Part shown: piece after piece, positions 9,017-16,707 of the stretch
How positions within the stretch are numbered: position 1 is the first letter of the stretch
How the letters are laid out: each line of letters opens with the position of its first letter
Source: Candidatus Polarisedimenticolia bacterium
GTDB taxonomy: Bacteria; Acidobacteriota; Polarisedimenticolia; Gp22-AA2
Direction: 5' to 3'
Length of the DNA: 45,143 nucleotides
Assembly: GCA_050747445.1 (NCBI GenBank)
Contig: JBOGOE010000313.1
Location: forward strand, 1 to 45,143
The notes under the pieces: generated by a model
Databases searched by the model: none
What the model was told of the DNA's origin: nothing
The model's input: only the letters and a program-made list of their open reading frames with translations
Made by a program: the position numbers and the translations under genes

Positions 9017-10473
9017 CGCGTCCCCTCCCCGGGCTCCTCGAACCGCAGCCGGAGGCGCTTGCCCAGCCCCCCGGAGCTGAGACGCAGATCCTTGACCTCC
9101 CCGGAACGGAACGCCGCCTCGATCCCCTCGATCTCGTCGAAGCTCCGATCGCCGCTCACCACCCGCACCTCGATCCGATGCCGCCCCGGCGGGACGGTGA
9201 GCTCGCGGCTCCAGCGACGGCGGGCGCCGCTCCCCTTGAGCGCATCATCCACGACCGTCCCACCGTCCACGCGAACGACGATGCGCGCCGCGGTGAAGCG
9301 GTGCTGAAAGCTCAGCTTCAGGCGCGCCGGTTGCGTCACCACCGGCGGGCCGCCGGTACCGGCGCCGGGAACGACGGCGTCCCAGGGCGTCCTGGCGGCT
9401 CCGGACGCCACGGGCACCTTCCCGGAGGCCGGTCGATCGATCAGGAACGGCGAGGACGCCAGCAGGGCCAGACAGACGAGGAAAACGAGCCACCCCCATC
9501 CCAGGGGCGTCGCGGCGCGCGACAGGAAGCCCCATCTCGGCCGGAGGAAGGTGATGCCGTGCACGCCCCCCTCGGGGGGCGTGGAGCGATCCGACCCCGA
9601 CACCAGGGTCGGGGGAATCGCCTGCTCGGAAGCCTGCATCCACTCGAGCACCGCAGTCTTCAGCTCCTCGGCGAACTCCTGGCAACGCGCATAGCGGTCG
9701 CCGGCGTGCTTGGACAGGGCCTTGCGGAGAATCCGGTCGAAGGCGGGCCGGAGCGACGGGTTGAGACGCGACGGCGGGGCGGGATCGACGTTGACCACCT
9801 GGTAGGAAATCGCCGTGACCGAGTCTCCCGTGAACGGCTTCTCGCCCGTGAGCAGCTGGTAGAGGATGACCGCCAGGGAGAACTGATCCGCCCGCCCATC
9901 CACGTCGGTGCCGGTGACCTGCTCCGGCGCCATGTAGTTTGGCGTCCCGAAGAATTTGCCGGGCCGCGTGAGGCCACCCGCCGCGAGCCGCGCGATCCCG
10001 AAATCGAGAATCTTCGGCTGCCCGCTTTCGGTGAGGATGATGTTCGCCGGCTTGACATCGCGGTGGATCACCTGGTTCTGATGCGCGTAGTCGAGAGCCT
10101 GCCCCAGCTTCTCCACGACCTCGGCCACCTGCTGCAGGGGCAGCCGCCCGCCGCCCGCGAGCAGGTCGTGCAGGTTGGTGCCGGTGGCATATTCCATGGC
10201 GATGTAGGCCTCCCCCTCCGGCCCCTTCTCGCCGACGTCGTAGATGGTCACGATGTTCGGATGGTTGAGGCGCCCCGCGACCTGCGCTTCGTGGTAGAAG
10301 CGCTGCAGGAACTCCTCTTCTTCGTCCGGGCCGATCGGGAAGGAGAAGGCGATGGTCTTGAGCGCCACGACCCGGCCGATCCTGGGATCGCGGGCCTTGT
10401 AGACGACCCCCATCGACCCCCGGCCCAGCTCCTCGAGGATCTCGTACCGCCCGATGGTCGCGGGCACTCCCAT
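9013..10473 (-). CDS. Hanks-type Ser/Thr protein kinase with TM helix and periplasmic beta-rich (PEGA-like) C-terminal domain
   Basis: GRGSMGVVYKA glycine loop, VALK, HRDVKPANIIL, DFG and APE motifs. TM segment GWGWLVFLVCLALLASSPFLI. C-terminal VRVDGGTVV...LTVPPGRHRIEVRVV. ATGA overlap with the TPR gene. Confidence 0.9.
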   Translation of the reverse strand: MGVPATIGRYEILEELGRGSMGVVYKARDPRIGRVVALKTIAFSFPIGPDEEEEFLQRFYHEAQVAGRLNHPNIVTIYDVGEKGPEGEAYIAMEYATGTNLHDLLAGGGRLPLQQVAEVVEKLGQALDYAHQNQVIHRDVKPANIILTESGQPKILDFGIARLAAGGLTRPGKFFGTPNYMAPEQVTGTDVDGRADQFSLAVILYQLLTGEKPFTGDSVTAISYQVVNVDPAPPSRLNPSLRPAFDRILRKALSKHAGDRYARCQEFAEELKTAVLEWMQASEQAIPPTLVSGSDRSTPPEGGVHGITFLRPRWGFLSRAATPLGWGWLVFLVCLALLASSPFLIDRPASGKVPVASGAARTPWDAVVPGAGTGGPPVVTQPARLKLSFQHRFTAARIVVRVDGGTVVDDALKGSGARRRWSRELTVPPGRHRIEVRVVSGDRSFDEIEGIEAAFRSGEVKDLRLSSGGLGKRLRLRFEEPGEGTR

Positions 10474-10598
10474 CAGCAGGATCCCCTGGCCCGGGCTGCG
10501 TCCGCCGTGGCGGACGCCGTCCCGGGACCGGCGTGATGCAGCTTCACGGCAGCCCCCTCCGTGCGCCCCTTCCGGAGAAGGCCACGGATCGGAGTCTC

Positions 10599-10627
10599 AA
10601 TATAGGACCGTGAGCCCGGATCGTCCA
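10599..10627 (-). promoter_or_regulatory. sigma-70-like promoter candidate for the kinase-led operon
   Basis: Minus strand reads TGGACG-17 nt-TATATT, about 125 nt upstream of the kinase ATG. Confidence 0.35.
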
Positions 10628-10660
10628 CAGAATCCGGGGTTTCGGGCGGGGGCGGCGGCG

Positions 10661-11836
10661 TCAGGCGGCCCGCGCGGGAGGCGGGACGGTGACACCCCGC
10701 AGGTAGTCCACGGCCTGCCGGCGTTGCGGGTCCCCGGCGCCGGACGGGTCGCCTTCGATCGTCAGGTCCGGCTCAAGGCCCTTGCCGTTCCATTCCTTGC
10801 CGGCGGGCGATTCGAACCGCCCGGTGGCCAGGATGACACCGTCGCCGTGCTGCAGCGGCAGCAGGCGCCGCACCACCCCATGCCCCCAGGTCCGCTCGCC
10901 GACCACCGGAAACCCCAGCCCGTCCCGCAGGGCCGCGGTCATCACCTCGCACGCTTCGGAGGTCCCCTCGTCCACCAGGGCCACGACCGGCAGTCGCTCC
11001 CAGGCGATCCTGCGGCCGTCGGCGCGGAACACCTTGTCCCCGTCATAGCGGTCGGTCACCGAAACGACCGGCCCCTGACGCATGAACAGGCTGACCACGC
11101 CGATGGCTTCCGCCAGGGCGTCCGAGGAGCAACCCCGGAGATCGAGCAGCAGGCGGGTCACCCCCCGGCGCTTGAGCGAGGCGATGGCTTGGTCGACGCG
11201 GCGCGCGTCCCCCTCGCGCAACCCGCCGATCCGGACGACACCGGTGTCCGGGGCCTCGAACTGGGCGACCGGTCCGGGCGCGGCCAGGATGCGGCGGACC
11301 AGCGACAGGGGGCGGCGGCGCGGCGCGTCGGCGGTCGCGACGGTCAGCTCGACCTTCGACCCGACCCGGCCCCGCAGGGCCTGCCCCGCCTCCCACAACC
11401 CCATCAGGCGCGTCGATTTCCCGGCGATGGTGATGATCAGGTCCCCCCCCTTCAGCCCCGCCTCCGCCGCGGGTGAACCCGGCAGCGCGCTGACGACGGA
11501 GATATAGCTGCGGCGCTTGGAGAGGATCGCGCCCACCTCGGCCGGACCGGCCGTCTCGCCGCGCGCCGCCTTCTCGTAGATCCGGGCGGGGAGATACTCG
11601 TTGGCGGGGTCGAGCGATTCGAGCATGCCGCGGTAGGCCCCCTCCATCAGTCCGTCGATCTGGACCGGCTGGACGTAGTTGTTGACGATGAGATACAGCG
11701 CCTCGTTGAACAATTTCAGGTACCCGTAGGTCCCCTCCAGAGCAACGACGCGCCCCATCAGGGCGCCGGACACGGCGAACACCACCAGACCCGCGGACAC
11801 CAGCACCAGCAACTTGCGATCGACGGTGATCTTCAT
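10661..11836 (-). CDS. S41 (C-terminal processing peptidase) family homologue, membrane-anchored, catalytic dyad apparently substituted
   Basis: N-terminal TM helix, PDZ-like segment (GLKGGDLIITIAGK) and an S41 core: LLLDLRGC, VVALVDEGTSEACEV, VVGERTWGHG. The positions of the canonical Ser and Lys read Glu294 and His319. Confidence 0.8.
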   Translation of the reverse strand: MKITVDRKLLVLVSAGLVVFAVSGALMGRVVALEGTYGYLKLFNEALYLIVNNYVQPVQIDGLMEGAYRGMLESLDPANEYLPARIYEKAARGETAGPAEVGAILSKRRSYISVVSALPGSPAAEAGLKGGDLIITIAGKSTRLMGLWEAGQALRGRVGSKVELTVATADAPRRRPLSLVRRILAAPGPVAQFEAPDTGVVRIGGLREGDARRVDQAIASLKRRGVTRLLLDLRGCSSDALAEAIGVVSLFMRQGPVVSVTDRYDGDKVFRADGRRIAWERLPVVALVDEGTSEACEVMTAALRDGLGFPVVGERTWGHGVVRRLLPLQHGDGVILATGRFESPAGKEWNGKGLEPDLTIEGDPSGAGDPQRRQAVDYLRGVTVPPPARAA

Positions 11837-13107
11837 GGTCGCTCTCCTCGAGGAGCAGGGTCGGGCCGGCGGACACCGCGACGCGTCGTGGACGTGCCGG
11901 TCGCGGCGCCACCTGCGGTCTGCCGGAGCCAGGACGACGGATCCTCCGGCCGGCCATCGTGCCGGATCTCGAAATAGAGTCCGGGCGTGTCGAACGTGCC
12001 TCCAAGACCGCAGCGGGCGATCGGATCCCCCTGGACGACCTCGCGACCCGCCACGACGAGGCGCTCGTCCACGTGGCCGTAGATGGAGAGATAACCGTCG
12101 CCGTGGTCGAGCACGATCATCTGCCCGTAGCCGCGGAACCAGTCGCTGAACACCACCCGGCCATCGTAGACCGCCTGCACGTTCCGGCCGGCGGGTGCCG
12201 CGATATCGATCCCGGGGTGCGGGATCTCGGTCGAGAAGCGCGGGTGGCGGACGTTGCCGAAGGGAACCACGACCTTCCCGCTGACCGGCCAGTCGAGACG
12301 CCCCCGGAAGCGGGCGAACCCGAGCGTGCCGGCCCCCCCGGCGCCCGCGCGCGACAGCCGATCCAGGAGCCCGCGGATCTCCGTCTCGACCTGGACCAGC
12401 TCCAGGAGCGCCTTCTTCTGCGTGGCGCGCTCGCGTTTCAACGCCGAGAGGACCGCCTCCTTCCGGCGGCGGTTGTCCCGGACCTCCTGGCTCTTGTTCC
12501 AGACATCGGTCTCCATCCGCTCCAGGTCCTGGCGTTGGACCGACAGCGACGCCAGGAGGTCGTCGAACAGGCTCCGCTCGGCGCGGAACGCGTCGAGTCG
12601 ACGGTTCTCCGACAGGGCCAGCGTCTGCAGCGCCCGGTGCGCCGTGGCCATCTGCGCCGGTGACGAGGCCGCCGCCAGGAGCCGCGCGTACCGGAGCGGT
12701 CCCGCCTTGTACGCCTCGCGCAGCCAGCGGCGCATCTCCGCCTCCCGCAACGACAGACCGGCCTGCAGGCTCTCGGCCTGGCGCGCCGTCGCGGCCCGCC
12801 GGTTCTCGAGCGCGGCGATGTCGCGGCGCAGCGTCTCCAGCTCCCGGGACAGGAGGGCGGAACGGAGATCCAGGTCCTCCAGCCCGTCGAGGACCGAACC
12901 CTCGCGCGCCTCCGTCTTCTCGAGCCGGTCCCGGAGCTGTTCGATCTCCCGGCGCACCCGTTCCAGGCGTGCCTGCTCCTTCTCCGGGGTCCCGCCGCGT
13001 GGCGGGGCGGCGATGGCGCCGGCGGCGATCGGGGCGAGCACCAGGCCTCCCAGGAGGAGCGCCCGGTGCGCGTTACGGGAGCAGGCTCCGGCCATCGAGA
13101 TCCTCAT
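11833..13107 (-). CDS. envC: EnvC-like murein hydrolase activator (coiled coil plus degenerate LytM/M23 domain)
   Basis: Signal peptide and a long coiled coil. M23 domain has HPGIDIAAPAG (HxxxD kept), but the HxH motif reads GLYFEIRHDG, as in E. coli EnvC (LYFEIR). Alternative start ATG 13095. ATGA overlap with the S41 gene. Confidence 0.8.
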   Translation of the reverse strand: MRISMAGACSRNAHRALLLGGLVLAPIAAGAIAAPPRGGTPEKEQARLERVRREIEQLRDRLEKTEAREGSVLDGLEDLDLRSALLSRELETLRRDIAALENRRAATARQAESLQAGLSLREAEMRRWLREAYKAGPLRYARLLAAASSPAQMATAHRALQTLALSENRRLDAFRAERSLFDDLLASLSVQRQDLERMETDVWNKSQEVRDNRRRKEAVLSALKRERATQKKALLELVQVETEIRGLLDRLSRAGAGGAGTLGFARFRGRLDWPVSGKVVVPFGNVRHPRFSTEIPHPGIDIAAPAGRNVQAVYDGRVVFSDWFRGYGQMIVLDHGDGYLSIYGHVDERLVVAGREVVQGDPIARCGLGGTFDTPGLYFEIRHDGRPEDPSSWLRQTAGGAATGTSTTRRGVRRPDPAPRGERP

Positions 13108-15370
13108 CGGGCCGCACGCCCAGGAGCGCCAGGACCGTGGGATGGAGGTCGGCGATCTGGGGTCCGTCGCCGGCCAGCCGGACGTTGCTGAACAGGACGC
13201 CCGGCACGAGCGAGGGGTCGTTGGAACAGTGATCCCCGCTCCAGACCTTGAGGTTGTCCTCCACGATGCGCGGCGGCACCTCGCCGAGGGCCGTCTGCCA
13301 CCCGATCCGGTAGTGGGCGCTGTTGGCGGCGCGGAGATCCGGGACCAGTCGCGGGTCGAACCCGCGGTACATCTCCTCCCGGGTGTAGACCCGGAGCACC
13401 GGTCGCTCCCCGGTCTCCGTGTCGACGAACGCCTCCAGCCCCCGGGCGATCGCGGTGCGCACCTCCTCGTACTCCCTGCCGGGGGCCACGCTCCCCTTCG
13501 GCTCCCGCGCCATCAGATTGATGTAGATGTTCCCCAGACCCATGGCATAGGCCTTGGTGCGCGACCAGTCCACGTACTGGAAGAACTCCCCCAGCTCGCC
13601 CCGGTCGAACAGGTCCTCGAGCGTCTTGCCACCGGCGTATACCCCCTCGCGCAGCGTCATGAATCCGTGACGCACCAGCCAGGTGTTGTAGTTGATACCG
13701 CGGCGGAACGAGGCGAACCCGTGATCCGAGCAGACGATGAGGGCGGTGCGATCGTCGATCCGCTGCATCGCCTCTCCGACGATCCGGTCCATGCGCTCGT
13801 ACGACTTCGGGATCTCCCCGCCGTAGCGCGCCGCCAGCGCGGCGTCGTGCAGCGGATGCCCGGGATCGTGGAGCCGCCACAGCATGTGCCCCACCCGATC
13901 GGGGAAGTCGAACACCTGAACGTAAAGCCGGTCCCGCCCCTCGTCGAGGAAGCGCTTCAGCATCGCCTCCTGAACCTGCACCGTCGCCTCCATGTCCTCG
14001 AGGAAGTGCCGTTCGTCGGTGACGCCGGACGGCAGCGACCAGGTGTCGATCGGCCAGCCGAGGGTCTTGAACAGGCCGAACGCCTCCACCAGGTCCCGCG
14101 CGAACGCGCGGGGCGAAGTGAACGGGACGGGCTGGCACGTCGGATGGAAGTTCAGGGGCGAGGCGTAGAGCTTCAGCTCCGGGGACAGCGACATCAGCTT
14201 GAACCGGATGATGCCGCGCAGACCGGCGAGCCGGTCCACCACGGGGTTCACCGGCACCCGCACCTCGAACCAGTCGCTCCAGCCCCCGGGCGCGAGGGTC
14301 TGGCGCCGGCCTCCGAGATCGATGGTCACACCGGCGTCGTCCGCCTGCAGCGTGAAGGGAACGTCGAGCCGCCGCGGCACGCCGCGCTCGCGCAGGCGCT
14401 TCTCCGCCGTCGCGCGCGCCGCCCGCCGCAACTCGCGATCCTCGATGCCGCGGGTCGCTTCGTCGAGGACGAAGTCGTAGAACGGCTTGTTGAGGGGGCC
14501 GACGAGGGCGGTGCGGATCACGCCGCGCTTCCCGTCCAGCGCGACGATCTCGACGCTGAACTGATTGTCAGGCAGGGCCATGGCCTTGTCGGAGGTGAAC
14601 AGGTAGGGGGAGCCGATCCGGCCGCGCATGTCCGGCACGCCGAGCCCGGACAGCATGGTGGTGTGATCGTGCTCCTCCGCCGGGAAGGTCGCCGGCACGT
14701 GGATCACCCTCACGGGGTGCCCGGCGTCGGCGGCCGCCGTCCAGAACGGCCGTCCCTTGCGGGCGTTGACCGCGGTCGGGAGCGCGTCGGGAAGGTAGCG
14801 GGCGGCCACCCAGGCGGTAACGCCGCCTCCGAGCGCGGCGGCGAGCGCCCCCGCGGCCAGCGCCGCGAGGCCCCGTCGGGTCACCAGCCAGACGACCAGC
14901 CCCGCCGCCAGCCACAGCACGACGCCCACGCCGGCACCGAGCACCGGCGGATTCCCGGGGCCGAAGAGCAGGGGATTCCGGGCCTCACGCAGCATGGCGA
15001 ACTCCGGCAGGTAGGTCCCCTCCGTACGGCGCAGAAAATCGAAGATCTCGGTGCGCCCCGGGTTGAGACCGGTGGTAAAGGAAGCCCAGGAAACCGGCGT
15101 CTGCGGCGGGTTGGTGCTGCGCAGGGGCGCGTAGTAGCCGAAGGCGCGCAGTCGTTGCAGGTGCGGCAGCCGTCCCTCGGACAGGTAGCGTTCCACCAGC
15201 GCCGCGTCCGCGCCGTCGAAACCCAGAACCACGACGCGCTCGAACGGCCGCGGGACGGGCGGTTCGGACCAGGAGAGTGACGGCAGGAGGGCGACCGTGG
15301 CCGCCACGACGAACCGGCGCCGACTCCATGCGGAAAGCCGCTGCAAGCAGAGGATCCCCCGGTGGGTCAA
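13073..15370 (-). CDS. alkaline-phosphatase superfamily protein (type I phosphodiesterase/nucleotide pyrophosphatase family) with an internal membrane hairpin
   Basis: 765 aa with a TTG start. VVVLGFDGAD, PPQTPVSWASFTTG (Thr nucleophile context), CSDHGF and SGDHC metal-ligand motifs. Two hydrophobic helices at aa 143-190. Confidence 0.75.
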   Translation of the reverse strand: MTHRGILCLQRLSAWSRRRFVVAATVALLPSLSWSEPPVPRPFERVVVLGFDGADAALVERYLSEGRLPHLQRLRAFGYYAPLRSTNPPQTPVSWASFTTGLNPGRTEIFDFLRRTEGTYLPEFAMLREARNPLLFGPGNPPVLGAGVGVVLWLAAGLVVWLVTRRGLAALAAGALAAALGGGVTAWVAARYLPDALPTAVNARKGRPFWTAAADAGHPVRVIHVPATFPAEEHDHTTMLSGLGVPDMRGRIGSPYLFTSDKAMALPDNQFSVEIVALDGKRGVIRTALVGPLNKPFYDFVLDEATRGIEDRELRRAARATAEKRLRERGVPRRLDVPFTLQADDAGVTIDLGGRRQTLAPGGWSDWFEVRVPVNPVVDRLAGLRGIIRFKLMSLSPELKLYASPLNFHPTCQPVPFTSPRAFARDLVEAFGLFKTLGWPIDTWSLPSGVTDERHFLEDMEATVQVQEAMLKRFLDEGRDRLYVQVFDFPDRVGHMLWRLHDPGHPLHDAALAARYGGEIPKSYERMDRIVGEAMQRIDDRTALIVCSDHGFASFRRGINYNTWLVRHGFMTLREGVYAGGKTLEDLFDRGELGEFFQYVDWSRTKAYAMGLGNIYINLMAREPKGSVAPGREYEEVRTAIARGLEAFVDTETGERPVLRVYTREEMYRGFDPRLVPDLRAANSAHYRIGWQTALGEVPPRIVEDNLKVWSGDHCSNDPSLVPGVLFSNVRLAGDGPQIADLHPTVLALLGVRPDEDLDGRSLLP

Positions 15371-15399
15371 CGAGTTACCCGTACCGCGCGCACCCCGGA

Positions 15400-15428
15400 A
15401 GTATAGGTCAAGAACCGACCCCCATCAA
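15400..15428 (-). promoter_or_regulatory. sigma-70-like promoter candidate (phosphodiesterase-envC block)
   Basis: Minus strand reads TTGATG-17 nt-TATACT, about 30 nt upstream of the TTG start. Confidence 0.4.
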
Positions 15429-15429
15429 C

Positions 15430-15458
15430 TTGTGCCCCGGGCCTCGATCCTTTAATAT
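15430..15458 (+). promoter_or_regulatory. sigma-70-like promoter candidate for anmK
   Basis: TTGTGC-17 nt-TAATAT. Its -35 box lies back-to-back with the divergent -35 box. Confidence 0.4.
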
Positions 15459-15513
15459 CGGCCGCCGCTCGATTAAGTCACGTCCAACCAGGCCTTTGGC
15501 CGACGGGCACCGG

Positions 15514-16707
15514 ATGCTCGAAACGATTACCAAGAAGCCCGAACGGCTCATCGTGGGAATCATGTCCGGTCTCTCCGCCGACGGGGTGGACGCCGCCCTG
15601 GTGCGCGTGCGCGGCAGCGGCGAGCAGATCGACTGGCGGCTCCTGCGGCACGAGACCCTGCAATTCTCGATGAAGGTCAAGGACCTCATCCTGCGCTGCG
15701 CCGAGCCGGGAAGCGGTGACACCGCCTCGATCTGCCGCCTCAACGCCCTGCTGGGGGAGCTGTTCGCGCGCGCCGCGGCGCACGTCGTCGCCAAGGCCGG
15801 TCTGGATCTGGCGGCGGTCGACCTGATCGGGTCCCACGGGCAGACCATCCAGCACCTGCCGCAGCCGGTCACGATCACCGGCATCCCGGTGCGCGCCAGT
15901 CTTCAGGTAGGAGAGCCGGCGGTCATCGCGGAGCGCACGGGGGTCACCACGGTGGCGGCGTTCCGGGCGCGCGACCTCGCCGCCGGTGGTCAGGGCTCTC
16001 CGCTGGTTTCCTACGTCGACTATCTCCTGTTCCGCAACCGGGCGCGGGGCCGGCTGGTGATCAATCTCGGAGGGGTCGCCAGCCTGACCGCCATCCCCGC
16101 CAGCGCGGGGCCCGAAGGGGTCATCGGCTTCGACACCGGCCCGGGGAACCTGGTGATCGACGGTCTGGTGACGACGCTCACCGGCGGACGCGAAGCGTTC
16201 GACCTCGACGGCCGGTACGCCCGCCGGGGCCGGGTCCGCAAGGATCTCCTGGAACGCCTCCTGGCCCACCCGTACTTCCAGGCCCCGCCGCCGAAATCCT
16301 GCGGCCGTGAAGAGTTCGGGCGGCCGTTCCTGGACCGGATCGTGCACGAGAACCGGACTCTCCCACCGGACGATCTCATCGCCACGGCGACCCGCTTCAC
16401 CGCCGAATCGATCGCCCTCGCCTGCCGGCGTTTCGTGATGCCCCAGAACGTCTACGAGGAGGCGATCGTCTCGGGTGGGGGCGCGCGCAACCGCTTCCTG
16501 ATGGAGCAGATCCGCCAGTCAATCCCCGAGCTGACCATCAAGCCGAGCGACGAGTACGGCCTGCCCGTGGCGGCCAAGGAGGCCGTGGCGTTCGCGCTGC
16601 TGGCGAACGAAACGATCCTCGGGGTCCCCAACAATCTGCCGGCCGCGACCGGCGCGGCGCACCCCGTCGTGCTGGGAGTCATCGTCCCCGGTCGTCCCTC
16701 CCGATGA
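15514..16707 (+). CDS. anmK: anhydro-N-acetylmuramic acid kinase
   Basis: ATG 15514 (MLETITKKPERLIVGIMSGLSADGVDAAL). GSHGQTIQH, DLAAGGQGSPL and DTGPGN motifs of AnmK. Confidence 0.9.
   Translation: MLETITKKPERLIVGIMSGLSADGVDAALVRVRGSGEQIDWRLLRHETLQFSMKVKDLILRCAEPGSGDTASICRLNALLGELFARAAAHVVAKAGLDLAAVDLIGSHGQTIQHLPQPVTITGIPVRASLQVGEPAVIAERTGVTTVAAFRARDLAAGGQGSPLVSYVDYLLFRNRARGRLVINLGGVASLTAIPASAGPEGVIGFDTGPGNLVIDGLVTTLTGGREAFDLDGRYARRGRVRKDLLERLLAHPYFQAPPPKSCGREEFGRPFLDRIVHENRTLPPDDLIATATRFTAESIALACRRFVMPQNVYEEAIVSGGGARNRFLMEQIRQSIPELTIKPSDEYGLPVAAKEAVAFALLANETILGVPNNLPAATGAAHPVVLGVIVPGRPSR

Noticed and set aside
12254-15280. 1008-aa plus-strand ORF
   Set aside because: It is antisense to the well-supported envC and phosphodiesterase genes. 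The translation is Arg/Pro/Gly/Ala-rich with no recognisable motif, a typical shadow ORF of a GC-rich genome.
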